Shown one piece after another: positions 12,140 to 26,594 of a stretch of DNA of 64,000 nucleotides. The position numbers and the translations under genes are program-made. The stretch is from Eledone cirrhosa (taxonomy: Eukaryota): NCBI GenBank assembly GCA_964016885.1, contig OZ024764.1:23250001-23314000 (forward strand). The letters run 5' to 3'. Within the stretch, counting starts at the first letter, position 1. Each line of letters starts with the position of its first letter. Under the pieces are notes generated by a model. It did not search any database and was not told the origin of the DNA. It worked only from the letters and a program-made list of their open reading frames with translations.

Positions 12140-12480
12140 AAGCTGGATGTGGTGACATCTTTCTGCTACCTGTGTGACATGTCAGCTGGAAGTGGAGCCA
12201 AGTTCACTGCCATCGTGCTGTGCCACTCCACAGGTAACAAGTTTAGGCAGCTTCTCGTAATCCTCAAGACATGCTGGCTACCATTAGACACCATGGGGCA
12301 GGTTTATAACACCTGTGGGAGAAGTGTGTTGTTTCATGCCAGCGAGACCTGGGCCATGTTATCTGACTGTCTGAATTGACTCCGAAGAAATGACAGAGCT
12401 ATGATCCACTGGATGTGTAGTGTGACCATTGAGGATGATGTCAGCTCAACTGAGCTCCTAAAAAAACTGCTGATCGACAA
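12140..12480 (+). mobile_element. Old RTE fragment (sense)
   Basis: VVTSFCYLCD..KFRQLL..GQVYNTC.RSVL.HASETWAM; paralogs ~28512, ~42282. Confidence 0.65.
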
Positions 12481-12534
12481 CCTCAAGGATGTGTTTCACA
12501 GGAGACACATGCACTGGTATGGCCTTGTTGTGCA

Positions 12535-14884
12535 TTCTCTCTCAACTCATCTATGCTTGGTTGTTGATGCACATTGACATTGCACATCCAACGGAGCATA
12601 CTTGCTTCATTTCTCTCCAGCCATCGCATATCCTCCACAGTTGCTGTCCATGTCTCACTACCTTGCAGCATCACACATCTCACGCAGGCATCACCAGCCA
12701 TTCGTTCTTAGAGAGAAACCCTTCTTTGTCAACATAGGAAGCAGCTCCCTAAACGTCTTCCAACCTGTCCTTATTCTAGATACTATGGCCTCTGAGCACC
12801 CTCCTCTCTTGTTAATCTGATCACCTAGGTACCGGAAGCTATCAACCACTTCTATAGAACCTACCTGCATTTGAAAAATGTGTCTATCACTGCGACTTCT
12901 ACTGTCAAATTTCCCTGTACATCTACTGCATATGTATTTTTCCCTACCTGTCAGTTTGCCTGCTATCCCACTACATTTCTTGTGTACCCAAAATCTGCAT
13001 TGTGTACATTATAGAATTTATGCCAGTTCCTTTTCTACATATTGAACAAGGCCATTTCCCTGATGGAATGACAGTTTTGTCCTCACTAAACTCCAGTTTT
13101 GTTCCTCACTAAACTCCATGCCTACCCTCACTTTACTGACAGCCCCTCTATACATAGCTTGCACTGTTCTCACAAACTATTCCTCTACACCTAGTTTCCT
13201 TAGGGACCACCAGATGACAGATTGGGGTACTCTATCAAAGGCCTTCTCTAGGTCAACAAAAACTAAGTATAGTGGTTTTCTTCTCTAAGAACCTCTCTTG
13301 TAGTTGTCTCACTAAGAAGAGGGCATCTGTTTGACTCTTTCTCTAAGTTGCGCTAGTATTCTTTCTGTCACTTTCATAACCTGATCCATCAGTTTTATAC
13401 CCCTATAATTACTCCCCTCCAGAACATCCCCTTTACCTTTACCTCAATTTATGAGAATACTGCTGCACCAGTCTTTGGGTATGACACCACCATATATAGC
13501 TTGATTAATGATGCATGCAACCAGTTTAATTCCTACTTCTCTTGATGCCTTCAGCATCTCAGCAACTATCCCCAACAGTCCAGCGGACTTACCATTTTTC
13601 ATTTCCTTAATTGGACCCTATAGTCATCAATCTCAATAGCTGGTCCTTCTGTCAGGTCTACTGAATGTAGCTCCCCTCCTATTCATTCTCCACATTCATC
13701 AGTCTCTCATAATGACATTTCCAGGCCTCCTTTTTTTTGAGAATCAGTGACACTAAGTGCACCAACATCCTGATTTACACTGACACACTGCCTTGCAATG
13801 TGGATCACCGCACATCTCTGATCTCCCCATCGCAGGACATTGGCAAACCTTCTAATCTCAGCCTCCCTGCATGTTAAGTAAACCTGACATCTAGCTTCTC
13901 TCTTAGCGGCTGTGAATCGGTCTCTACCCCTACCATTTTTCCAAGCCTTTTGTCTCTAATGGCTCTATCTACCGTGCTGTTCCACCACCAGGTCACCCTC
14001 TGTCTGGTTGGAACTCTGCTCCAGCCACAAGTTTCTTCAGTAACCTGCAGTAAGTTGTCACGTAAGAAATTCCAGTTATCGTCCATGTCATAGGACTCTA
14101 AATCGTCTTCTTTTTCGTCATACACAACTTGAAGGGCTTTCCTAAATTTATATTTTAGTGAAAGGTCTTTTAGTTTCCAGACCTTCCTTTTTCAAACCTT
14201 CTTGTATGTCTCATTTTGTCTCTTGCTTACTGAGATGTCACTAACGACTAACCTATGTTGGTGGGGTACATTGTTCCCTGGGGTATGCCTTAATATTTGA
14301 CACCATCTGTCTCTCTTGCTACTTAACTAGCAAGAAGTCAATCTGTCTCATGTGCTCACCTGCTTGGTAGGTTTCTTGAAATGTTGCAAATGCTTAGTTC
14401 ACTTGCATCACAAAATACAAGAAGCCTCACTCTTTCTTCATTTCTTGAGCCATAACCATGACCACCATGTACCCCAGTATATCCATCCTGGAACTGTCCA
14501 ACATGACCATTGAAGTCCCCTGCTATTATAACTAGGTCTCTGTCATTGTGGTTATCTCTACTTATTCCTTTTCTACATATGGAGCAGGGCCACTTTCCTG
14601 AAGGGGTCAGGGTCTTCTCTCCTATCCATTAGCACTTTAGTTTTGGCTAAGTATATTCTCAGAACTTACCATTTCAAATTCTATATCTATAGTTGGTCAT
14701 CTACATAGAGAAGTTTCCATAGACAGCCAGTCTTAAACCTCTCTGTTATGGCTTGGAGAACTATGATGAACAACAGTGGGCTAAGAACTAAACTATGATG
14801 AACTCCTACCTGTACCTTCAATTCATCACTAAACACACTTTACTGACAGCTTCTCACAAGCCATTCTTCTACACCTAATTTCCT
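12535..14884 (-). mobile_element. Decayed, internally deleted RTE LINE plus a second older RTE fragment, antisense in intron 1
   Basis: Minus ORFs 12483..12701 and 13874..14125 homologous to the RTE at 19692-22636. Confidence 0.85.
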
Positions 14885-14887
14885 TAA

Positions 14888-15083
14888 CCCTTTAGCCATA
14901 TCTGGCCAGAATTGTCCCACATCTTTCTGTTCAAACTGGTCGTAATTGGTCACTTATACTTATGTTAAGGTTTTGTTCTCAAAATAATTAACATCAAAAT
15001 CTCATAGATTTGATATTATGAGAGATAAAGTATTTACTGTGAAAATATAATAGTAAATATAGAGTAATGTGAATACTAAAGGG
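14888..15083. mobile_element. piggyBac-type MITE
   Basis: TTAA|CCCTTTAG ... CTAAAGGG|TTAA; copies 44483-44690 and 59586-59793 (11-bp TIR), right end only at ~31019. Confidence 0.8.
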
Positions 15084-15084
15084 T

Positions 15085-15190
15085 TAATCTGATGTCACTA
15101 ATAACTACTTTTATCAGTCAGTTTAATCTAATGTCACTAATAACTACTTTTATCAGTCAGTCTAATCTAATGTCACTAATAACTAACCTA
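15085..15190. repeat. 39-bp tandem repeat
   Basis: aatctaatgtcactaataactacttttatcagtcagttt; ~2.5 copies here, ~3.5 at 31021, ~6.5 at 44693, ~2.5 at 59795. Confidence 0.85.
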
Positions 15191-15522
15191 TGTTAGGCAG
15201 CACATTCTTCACCAAGGAAGGCCTTAGTATTTATTACAGTCCATTTATCAATATAGAAATATTATATGACATTTGTACTGATGTATTACAAGTTTCTGAG
15301 TATCTTATAATGTTCTTTTATTATTTCAGAATACCAGAGGACATTGGCATTAAAGAGCACGTTACATCAGACATATCCTCAATATTAACCATTTCTAATG
15401 AAAGACACTAACCATCATTTTCAAATAATTTTGAAAACACTCAACACTTTGAAGTGATTTAGTAATATAACTAAATTTCTCAGTATTAAGCTGTGAATTA
15501 TGTGAGAAACTGAGGTGATTGA

Positions 15523-16236
<714 letters not shown>

Positions 16237-16549
16237 CTGTATCAATATCAAACTCATTACATCATACTACAACGACACCAAATATGTAGATCCATCATCC
16301 TTGCTTAAACTGGGGTTAACCTTGTAGGTTTTACCTATGACAGGGATCATAAACACCAGGTTTCCATTTTTGAAGTAGTGTTTGAAGATTTTGTGTAAAT
16401 TGAAGTTTTTCACATTAAACTTTCATTTATTATACTTTAACAGGTAAGATATATATTTGTATTTTTAGTAAAGGTTGGGAACTTCTGTAATTTAAACCTG
16501 CCAATAAAATGAAAACTTTTGTTGTTGCTAGTCAGACATTGATATTAAT

Positions 16550-16731
16550 TCTTGTTTCTACTTTAGGCACAAGGCCAGCAATTATCCAGTGCATTACTGG
16601 TACTTTATTTTATCGACCCCGTAAGGATGAAAGGCAAAGTCAACCTCGGCGGGATTTGAACTCAGATCGTAAAGGGACGTAACTATGCTTGAAAGCATGT
16701 CGTCCGACCCTCTACCGATACTGCCAATCCA
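16550..16731 (-). mobile_element. tRNA-derived SINE, private to unit 2
   Basis: Minus strand A box TGGCAGTATCGG and B box GAGTTCAAATCC; units 3-5 read attaattctattgtcctgtac (empty site). Confidence 0.8.
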
Positions 16732-17059
16732 TGTCCTGTACATTGTCTCAAATATCACAGATTAAACAGATTTTAACAATAACAACAGAAATCAATAACT
16801 TGTAAGCCTAATATCTAGCTTCCATTTTAACTATTTGATATTGTTGTTCCTCTCCTGTCTCTTCATGTCTTTTAGATTTCAACTTCTATCTACTGTACTA
16901 TTCCATCACCAAGGCAACATTCATCTGGCTGACAGCTTACATCAACTACAAATCTCATCAGTGGTTCACAACAGGCTGTCTGAAAGAAACTTCCAGATAT
17001 CTTCTATGTCATAGCTATCAATCTCCTCCTCCTTATCATATGTATCATGTAGAACATCT

Positions 17060-17390
17060 CTGAATTTATATTTAGCAGGGAGATCTTTTACTGTCCCTAC
17101 CCTTTTCTCTAGGTTGTCTTGTACCTCTGTCACAGTCCCTCTAGATCTTATATTTAACAGGGAGATATTTTACTATCCCTACTCTTTTCTCTAGGTTGTC
17201 TTGTACCTCTCTCATAGTCCCTCTAAATCTTATATTTAACAGGGAGATGTTTTACTGTCCCTACCTCTTTCTTTGGGTTGTCTTGTACCACCCTCACAGT
17301 CCCTCTAGATCTTATATTTAACAGGGAGATGTTTTACTCTCCAACCCTTCTCCAGATAGTCTTGTATCTGTCAGTCCCTCTAGATCTTAC
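17060..17390. repeat. ~82-bp tandem repeat (~4 copies)
   Basis: Same unit as 4030-4275. Confidence 0.85.
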
Positions 17391-17679
17391 ACCTAGTATC
17401 TAGTCTATGTTGAGTGGTACGTCCTTCTCCAGTAAAGGAGTTAATATTCCCAACCATCTGTCTATCCTGTTTTCTGATGAGAATGAAGTCAATCTAGTTT
17501 ATCTCTTCACCTGATTGAAGTAACTAGATCAAGTAACTAGATGTTTTCCTGTAAGTTAGTGTTGCAGTGTTTGTGTCACCATGTAAGGTATATATCTATT
17601 AATATAGAGATGTAGTAAAGTTTTCACTGTTGTATCTCTATTTTCTAAATATCTTAATAATGTTTCTCTACTATTTCAG

Positions 17680-18121
17680 AATATCACATGACCTTGACAG
17701 AAAAGAGTCTTTTAAAGACAACAGAAAGATGTTATATACAAGTGATATAAACTTGTTTAGTCTGTGGTGAATTATGGTGAAATATTTCTTTTGAATTGAG
17801 ATAAATAACAACATATTCCTTTTTCACTCTCTGGAATATTTACAAGGGTATTTTACATTCTGATTAAACTTTGGATATTTACAAAGGAGTTTTCAAAATA
17901 TTTGGATATTGACAAAGATCACATTTGATAAAATTATGAACAATAAAAATATTTACATCAACATAGGAATATTTTCCAGAAGAGATGGGAAAATCATTAT
18001 ACCACTGTAATATTTGTGGTAAAGTATTCTCTATTCTTTATATGTAGAACATCTAACTAAACACTTTAACTAACAAACTATTGTGCTATAGAATTGAGAA
18101 ACTTGAGGAATGTTTAATAAA
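17680..18121 (+). pseudogene. Vestigial ZNF-like exon (MGKSLYHCNICGKVFSILYM* at 17985-18047)
   Basis: Paralog of 4462-4903. Confidence 0.6.
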
Positions 18122-18175
18122 TGTTACAGATTTCTCCAAACTGTCGTTTACTAACTTTAATTTGAAGCTATATTA

Positions 18176-18410
18176 TCTATATACTACTAAAACTCTTAAT
18201 TGTGTCTTGTCTGTAATTTAATACAGCTAAAACAGTGCATAATGGGGAAATACTTTGAAAGGAATAAAACAATTTTTGTATAAATTGGAGCACAGGTTCC
18301 CAAGATACGGGGTTTTCTGGGTACCTTCATAAATATAGACAGAGAAAGAGATAGTGGTTGTGAGAGTGAGGAGACAGATGGAAGAGAGAGAGCTGGTGGT
18401 GTTTTTTAAT

Positions 18411-18441
<31 letters not shown>

Positions 18442-18540
18442 ATACGTATGTGTATATTTTAACTATTTAAAAATTATTTTAAATGACTTTTAAAAAATAG
18501 TGATAAAGGAACGTGACCCAACAGGTCCCGGGTGGTCTAG
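18176..18540 (+). mobile_element. Non-autonomous Helitron-like element
   Basis: A|TCTATATACTACTAAAA ... hairpin ... CTAG|T; copies 33987-34383, 48932-49324, 63954->64000. Confidence 0.65.
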
Positions 18541-18944
18541 TTTGTTACTAAATACTAGATATTAGAGGGTTATGTTGTTCTAGATGTGCTGGAAGAGCAA
18601 TTCCATCTCGTGAGGTTCACACCAGCAGCTAGCCACCTCAGCACCTATGGTGGTATATTTATTATATTATTTATTCTTATCATTAACATTAATATAAAAG
18701 ATAATTATATATTTTTAGAGAAGAACCTCTAACTTCATATAGCTTAGGGCTTCAGTAGATAAAAGTCTGGCCCTGCTTGTCTTGTATTTTTTAGGGGAGA
18801 AGTTAGGGAATACTGTTATTGTGTGAAAGTTTTCTAAATCTTCTTCAGCCACTAACATGGAGAAGATATTTCAGTAAGAAGGTTCACATCCTGACATCTA
18901 TAGCTGTTAACAATGAGATTGGAATTCATTATTAAACAAATGTT

Positions 18945-19368
18945 ATATCATCATCACTGTTTTACATCAGTTTTTCCACGCTGGCATGGGTTAGATGAGT
19001 TATCCTGTTGTAAGCAATACCAGGTCAGGTGACCACGTGTTGCTCCTACAGAACCAATTTTGGTTTGGTTTCTACAGCTGGATGCCCTTCCTAGCACCAA
19101 CCTTATTTACATTGATTACTGGGTGCTTTTTACTATCTCACCAACTAGACCACTTCACAGTGTGGGCTGGGTACTTTTTAACTTTTTGTCATGACACCTA
19201 CAGTACCACTTTACAGTGAGTACTGGGTACTTTTTGTTGTGACACCTACTTGACCACTTTACAGTGAGTACTGGGTACTTTATGTCATGACACCTACAGT
19301 ACCACTTTACAGTGTGTCCTGGGTACTTTTTGTTGTGACACCTACACGACCTCTTTACAGTGTTGGCA
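18945..19368 (-). mobile_element. RTE-tailed SINE remnant whose body expanded into the 48-bp minisatellite (19140-19365)
   Basis: (ATC)n tail, tttctacagctggatgcccttcctagcaccaacc, then tandem units; paralogs ~34790-35560, ~49730-50200. Confidence 0.6.
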
Positions 19369-19497
19369 GTGAAATATCTAATGCACCAGCTTCAGTCATC
19401 AGAAGATCGCTGTTTTCTATATTATAATTTTATAATATACATATACACACACAAACACAAATATATATATATATATATAAATTTTTTTATTTTTTAT

Positions 19498-22400
19498 ATG
19501 ACCATGCTGCAAAATGGAGGCGCAGAGAAGGCCCTTGCGTCTAGTAAGACATCCTCTCTAGTGCTGGTGGCACAAATAAAAGCACCCAGTCCATGCTGTA
19601 AAGTGGCGCTGGTGTTAGGAAGGGCATCCAACCAGTGTATCAATGCCAAAACGCTTATCAGCACAGCAACAAATAGGAACAACAAAAAAATATGAAGACG
19701 TCGCATCTCAGAGTTGCAACACTTAATGTTGGCACTCTCACAGGAAGATCTGCTGAAATAGCGGAGATGCTGGAGAGAAGGCATGGAGATGTGTGCTGCG
19801 TGCAAGAGGTGAGATGGAGAGGTGCCTCTGCGAGACTAGTCGTAGGCAAACATCTTAGCTATAAGCTTTTCTGGGTAGGTAAGGATGATCGGTTAGGGGA
19901 GTAGGCATTTTCCTGGCTGAGAGATGGATCAATAAGACAATAGAGGTAGTTCGAGTTAGTAATAGAATAAGCTTAGATTAGTTGTAGGCAAGAGACGACT
20001 GACAATCATCTCTGCCTATGCTCCCCAGGCAGGCCTAGGCAAAGATGAGAAAGACTGCTTTTATGAGCAACTTTTACAAACAGCCGCAATGACAGAGGAC
20101 GGAGACATCGTTATGCTAGTAGGGGACTTCAATGGTCATGTTGGACAGCTCCAGGATGGATACACTGGGGTACATGAGTTACGGGCCAAGAAATGAAGAA
20201 GGAGTGAGACTTCTTGAATTTTGTGATGCAGGTCCATTGACTATTTACAACACAAACTTCCAGAAACCTGTCAATCACCTAATAACCTACAAATCTGGCA
20301 AGCACATAAGCCAGATTGACTTCTTACTAGTTAGGCAGCGGGACAGGCAGATAGTGTCTAATACCAAGGCATACCCTGGGGAAGAATGTACCCCACAGCA
20401 TAGGTTAGTTGTTAGTGATATCTCAGTAAGCAAGAGATGGAATGAGACATACAGGAAGGTGTGGAGAAGAAAGGTCTGGAAGCTAAAAGACCTTTCACTA
20501 AAATACAAATTTAGGAAAGCCCTTCAAGATGTATATGATGAAAAAGAAGACGATTTAGAGACGTATGACATAGATAACAACTGGAATTTCTTACGTGACA
20601 ACTTTCTGCAGGCTACTGATGAAACTTGTGGCTGGAGCAGAGCTCCAACCAGACAGAGAGTGACCTGGTGGTGGAACAGCACAGTAGATAAGGCCATTAG
20701 AGACAAAAGACTAGCATGGAAGGCTTGGAAAAAGGGTGGGAGTAGGGAAGAATATACAGCCGCTAAGAGAGAAGCTAGATGTCAGGTGTACTTAGCACAC
20801 AGGGAGGTTGAGAGTAGGAGGTTTGCCAATGTTCTGCGACGGGAAGATCAGGGTCAATGCAAATCAGGATGTTGTTGGAGATAAATGTGTCTGGAATGAT
20901 GCCGGTGTACTTAGTGTCACGAATGATCAGAAAAAGGAGGCCTGGAAATGTCATTATGAGAGACTGATGAATGTGGAGAACGAATGGGGGAGAGAGAAAT
21001 TACCCTTGGTAGATCCGAGAGAGGGACCAGCTATTGAGATTGACGAATATAGGGTCCAAAAGGCAATTAAGGAAATGGAAAATGGTAAGGCTGCTGGACC
21101 ATCGGGAATAGTTGCTGAGATGCTGAAGGCATCAGGAGACGTAGGCACTAAACTGGTTGCACGCATCATCAATCAGGCTATATATGGTGGTGTCATACCC
21201 AAAGACTGGTGCAGCAGTATTCTCATAAATTGCTACAAAGGTAAAGGGGATGCTCTGGAGAGGAGCAATTATAGGGGTATGAAAGTGGCAGAAAGGATAT
21301 TAGCACAACTAATTAGAGAACGGGTCAAACTAGATGAGATGCAGTTTGGTTTTGTGCCTGGGAAGAGTACAACAGATGCCCTCTTCTTGGTGAAACAATT
21401 GCAAGAGAGGTTCTTAGAGAAAAATAAGCCACTCTACTTAGCCTTTGTTGACCTAGAGAAGGCCTTTGATAGGGTACCCCGATCTGTCATCTGGTGGTCC
21501 CTAAGGAAACTAGGTGTTGAGGAATGGCTTGTGAGGACAGTGCAAAGTTTGTACAGAGGTACTCTCAGTAAAGTTAGGGTAGGAATGGAGTTTAGTGAGG
21601 AATTCCAGATACAAGTAGGAGTACATCAAGGTTCGGTCCTCAGTCCACTCTTGTTCATTATAGTCCTCCAAGTCATAACAGAGGAGTTTAAGACTGGCTG
21701 TCCATGGGAACTTCTCTATGCTGACGATCTGGTTCTTATAGCAGAATCAGTAGAGGAGCTAGAGAATAAATTCTGGCTATGGAAACAGCAGTTGGAATCA
21801 AGAGGACTGAGAGTGAACCTAGCTAAGACAAAAGTGTTGATGAGTAGAAAAGAGGACAAAACTCTGATTCCGTTAGGGAAATGGCCATGTTCGATATGCA
21901 GAAAAGGAACTGGCATAAATTCTATAAAATGCACACAATGCAGATCCTGGGTACAAGAGATGTAGCGGGATAGCAGGCAAACTAACAGGTAGGGAGAAAT
22001 ATGTATGCAGTAGATGTACAAGGAAATTAGACAGTAGAAGTCGCATTGATAGCCACTGTTTTCAAATGCAGGAAGGTGCTATAGAAGTGGTGGATAGCTT
22101 CCGGTACCTAGATCAGATTAGCATGGGAGGAGGGTGTTTCGATGCCATAGTAACTAGAATAAGGACAGGCTGGAAGATGTTTAGGGAGCTGTTTCCTCTG
22201 CTGACGAAGAAAGGTTTCTCCCTGCGTACGAAAGGCCGGTTTTATGATGCCTGTGTGAGCACCGCAATGCTGCATGGTAGTGAGACATGGGCAGCAACTG
22301 CCGAAATGAGACATCCTTTGGATGTGCGTGAACGACCCAGCATGAATGTTGAGAGAGAAACTGTGTCTGAGAGGGATAGAATGTAGTGTACGGGGGAGAA

Positions 22401-22670
22401 GACTGAGGTGGTATGGACATGTGATGCGCATGGAGGATGACCGATGGGTGAAGAAGTGCCAGGAAATGCCAGTTGAAGGAAGACGTGGTAGAGGTAGACC
22501 ACGAAAAACATGGGCGGGGGTGGTGAGAACAGACCTCAGATCGTTGAAGCTCATGGTGGAGATGATGAAGGACCGTGATGAGTGGAGAGATGCTGTGCTG
22601 AATAAGACCCGTCCCACCCTTGCGAGCAGGGAATAGCGGACGTAAAATGATGATGATGATGATGATGATG
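19498..22670 (+). mobile_element. Near full-length RTE LINE, frameshifted (APE endonuclease + RT + PHD-like finger)
   Basis: LRVATLNVGTL..CVQEVRW (APE, 19692), QIDFLL, QFGF, FVDLEKAFDRV, YADD, C-terminus to 22636, (ATG)n tail; several stops and frameshifts. Confidence 0.93.
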
Positions 22671-22673
22671 ATA

Positions 22674-24692
22674 CAGTGGTACCTTGACTTACGAGTGTCC
22701 CAACTAATCGGCTGATTTTTTGCGTTGAGTTCCAGGGTAAAATTCGGGTTGCGAGTCAGCTTCAGATGCCCCGCCACTAGTTGGTATAGCGACCGCCACA
22801 GGGAATACGATAACACCCGCCCAGCATCCCATGGCTTCGAAGAAAGTGAGGGCGAAGGACAGTTCTGAGAAGAAGAAGCAGATGATGTCTATTGAATTAA
22901 AGAAAGAAATTATAGAAAAACATGACCAAGGTGTGTGTGTAGTGGACTTGGCGAAGCAGTACGACCGTAGAACTTCTATGATATGTACCATACTGAAGTA
23001 GAAGGAGTTGATAAAGGCTATAACCCCAGCTAAGGGTGGTAAACTAATTTCTAAACAGCGGACCTCTATCCATGAAAATATGGAGAAGCAGCTCGCAAGA
23101 GATACCGTGATGAAGATTATAATATGTGAGAAGGCACGAGCTATTTACGCTGATTTGCTGCAGCAGACCCCCGGTACTTCTACGGACGAGCCAGCCATCG
23201 GCAAGCCCTTTAATGCCAGTCGGGGTTGGTTTGAGAATTTTAAAAAGAGGACCGGCATTCACTCCGTTGTCAGGCATGGTGAGGCAGCGAGCGCGGATAT
23301 GAAGGCAGCTGAGGATTACCTCAAAATCTTTGCCGGAATTATAGCAGCCAAAGGATACATCCCTCAGCAAGTCTTTAACTGTGATGAAACAGGACTTTTT
23401 TGGAAGAAGATGCCAAGGAGGACTTATATAATGGCAGAGGAGAAGAGGATGCCTGGCCACAAACCCATGAAGGATAGGCTAACCCTCGCACTGTGTGCCA
23501 CTGAGCGGCGAGTGTAAGATTAAGTTGCCGCTCGTTTATCATTCAGAAAACTCCAGAACCTTTAAGTCACATAAGATTCTGAAAGAAAAACTGCAGTTTA
23601 TGTGGAGGGCAAACCCGAGGTCATGGGTCACCAGGTAGTTCTTTGTGGAGTGGGTGAATTTGGTCTTTGGTCCTGACGTTAAAAAATATCTCCATGAAAA
23701 TAACCTACCCCTGTAAACCCTTCTTGTCCTACATAATGCACCTGCTCACTCACCCACCCTCGAAGAGTTCAAGTTTATAAAGGTCCTCTACCTTCCACCA
23801 AACACCACCCCTATCCTACAGCCCAAGGACCAGCAGGTACCTTCTAATTTCAAGAAGCTCTTCACCAAGCACCTGTTCAGTCGCTGCTTTGAAGTGACGG
23901 GGAGCACAAACTTCACCCTTGAGAGGTCTGGAAGGACCATTATAACATCGTGATATGCCTCAGAATTATCGATATGACATGGCAGGGTCTTACAAAGAGG
24001 ACCTTGACCTCTACATGGAAGAAGCTGTGGCCTGAAGTTGTGTCTAAAACAGACTTTGAAAGACTCGAACCCGAAGCGGCAGTGGTGGAGGAGATTGTAC
24101 CCCTCGGTAAGTCCATGGGCCTGGACATGGATGAAGGTGACATCAACGAGCTCATCGAGGAGCACCCCGAGGAAATGACAACGAAGGAATTAAAGGAGCT
24201 ACAGACACAGCAACACACGGAGTTTTTGCAGGAAATAGGTGACACAGAGGAGGTTATCTCAACAAGTGAGATGAAACAAACCTTATTAGACAGGTTTTTA
24301 TTGAAAATCCCTGCAGATAAAAGTGAGGAAAGCGTGGCGAAAAGAGCAAAAATCAGCGAATAAGATTCAGTTATTCAGTTCATCCTTTCTCCTCCGTCAA
24401 CATCCTCAAGTCGTCTGATCTCCAAGATAGATGCTGTACATTATACTTAATAAAACTAGTTTGTTGTAGTACATTCTATTGTATTGTTTTTTGTATACAA
24501 TATTTGCCATTTATAAGTACATTTTTCTTATTTAAAAACACGTAACAAAACAAACTGTGGTTTTTTGGGGGTCTGGAACGGATTAACGGCATTTTATTTT
24601 ATTTCAGTGGGGAAAATTGATTTGACATACGAGTAATTTAAGTTACGAGGTCCTCCACGGAACAAATTAAACTGTAAGTCAAGGTACCACAG
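22674..24692 (+). mobile_element. Tigger/pogo (TIGD1-like) DNA transposon, decayed
   Basis: TA|CAGTGGTACCTTGACTTAC and GTAAGTCAAGGTACCAC TIRs; CENP-B HTH (FNASRGWFENFKKR, VRHGEAASAD) and DDE (QVFNCDETGLFWK) in broken frames 22831-24363. Confidence 0.92.
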
Positions 24693-24719
24693 TGTGTGTA
24701 TATATATATATATATATAT

Positions 24720-24892
24720 GAAGGAACGATCGACTTTCGTCAAATCGGACCGAGGAAGCAATGTTTCCATTGGTCTTTGCAATTGCTAGTACTATCGGTC
24801 GCAACTCCAGGTAGAAGGAACAACGTGAAATAAAGTGTCTTGCTCAAGGTCATAACGCATCGCCTGGTCCAGGAATCGAACTCACAACCTCA
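24720..24892 (-). mobile_element. tRNA-derived SINE (same family as 8981-9190), 5'-truncated
   Basis: Reverse complement of 9020-9190; paralog 52369-52541. Confidence 0.75.
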
Positions 24893-26455
24893 AGATATAT
24901 ATATATATATATAAATGAAGAATATAGAAATTATTGTAGCAAAAAGCCAACAGTATTCCATTATATATATGTATATATGTATATATAGTATAAAAGAGAA
25001 AACACAGGTAAGCATTAAGAGAAGGATTTTATCCAGGTATTTACGACCGTTTCATTGGTAAGTGCAACCTTATATTTCTATCCTGCAAATAGCAGCCACT
25101 CAATTATAATTGTTGTTCACTGTCCAAATTTTCAAAATATTAAGTTACTCTTGAAATAATTCTTAATATATAGAGAAAAACATTTATTTGGAATTGTATT
25201 TACTAGTATATAGAGAGAGGAATCAGAAGGTGAGGAGACAGACGGAATAGTATAGAGAGAGAGGAAGGGGGAAGAGGTAGGAAGTAGAGTGACAAACTGA
25301 GATGGAGGGAGGGGTAGAGGTGGCAGGATTCTTTGGTCAGTTTTGACAGCAGACTTCATGTCGTGGAATGTAGTGAGTTAAAGAGAATTAAATTGATCAT
25401 TTTTGGAGGGATGGATATATATATATATAGTTAAATATTAGAGAGGAACAAAAAACAGGCAGTGCAAATGGTAGTTTATACCGAGAGAGAGACAGACAAA
25501 CACATCTATACCCCTACTACGGTAAAACAAAACATATGTAAGGGGAGACAACTCTCGTTACATCCCCCCTTCTTTTTGATATACGTCCTTTACATACTTT
25601 GTTCAATGGAATCTGCTTTATTTTGTGTCCTAAGTAGATTTCTGTTTAATTATTTACGAGATTCACAATGATTCACGTAACCAAGTTACTTACATAGAGA
25701 TATATTTCACATAGAATCACAACAAATGAAAATATTAAGTCAACACTCTGTCAATCAGTCTCACATCACATGGGGTGCCGGAGTCTCCTTCTAATACTTT
25801 CTGAGACAGTCTTACCTCGAGTGATAGCAAGGCTAAGATGTTGGAACTACCAAACACCCTCATATGTATCACCTGACACCTCGGTAAGGAGAGCTGCCAA
25901 CGATAACAAGAACCTCGTTGTCAGGGACCTATCTCCTCCAAACTTCTCCAACACCACAGACTAGAATATTCTACTCTTTATTCCCTATCAAATATATTTC
26001 AGTCTAGTCATTGATCTTGTATGTTGTATATGTATTTTCAAAACTAACTGTCACATTTGTGAGACCCCAGTTAGTGATGTTTTCGTCTCCCTCCCACATC
26101 CTACATGCTGTAGTAAAAGTGAGGGTCACTGCTTCTGTAGACGAACGAAATAAAAGCTAAACTACCAGTAATTATCGGCAAAGTATTTATTCCAGTCTGT
26201 GATGTTTGAGAAGCTGGGCTGCTGACAACGAAGTTGTTGTCAATGTTGGCAGCTGGCTTTACCGAAGTACCCGATGACTCTTGTGAGGGTACTTAGCTGT
26301 TCTGGCAACTTAGCCCCCATATGACCCGATCTTACCGAGATACCCGGTGATCTCTGTAAGAGTACTTAGCTGTTCTATTTTAATTACATTTACTGTTTTC
26401 ACCTTTATTTTTTTTTTATTACAAACTTTACATAATTTAATTTGGTAAAAATATT

Positions 26456-26594
26456 TTACGTCACAAAAAAACTTGACCTTTGACATTGAAGCATGCGCAG
26501 TGGTGCAGTTGTCGACTTCCTGTCCACGTGTTAGTCTTCCTACAACATCATTTAGAAAACATTTCTGTAAATACTAAACACCTGAGACTATAAT
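26456..26594 (+). promoter_or_regulatory. Predicted promoter and exon 1 of ZNF copy 3
   Basis: TTACGTCA, TGACCTTTGACA, GCATGCGCA 26491, ACTTCCTG, CACGTG, donor at 26595. Confidence 0.65.

Noticed and set aside
15190-15411. Upstream coding exon for the ZNF (ORFs 15190, 44953, 59900)
   Set aside because: They span the predicted acceptor, end in stops before the ZNF ATG and show no domain
22831-24363. Domesticated TIGD1 or GTF2IRD2 host genes
   Set aside because: Multiple stops and frameshifts plus TIRs/TSDs show decayed transposons
25770-25964. 64-aa ORF MGCRSL... repeated at 39501 and 53471
   Set aside because: Identity explained by recent duplication, deleted in unit 2, no recognisable domain
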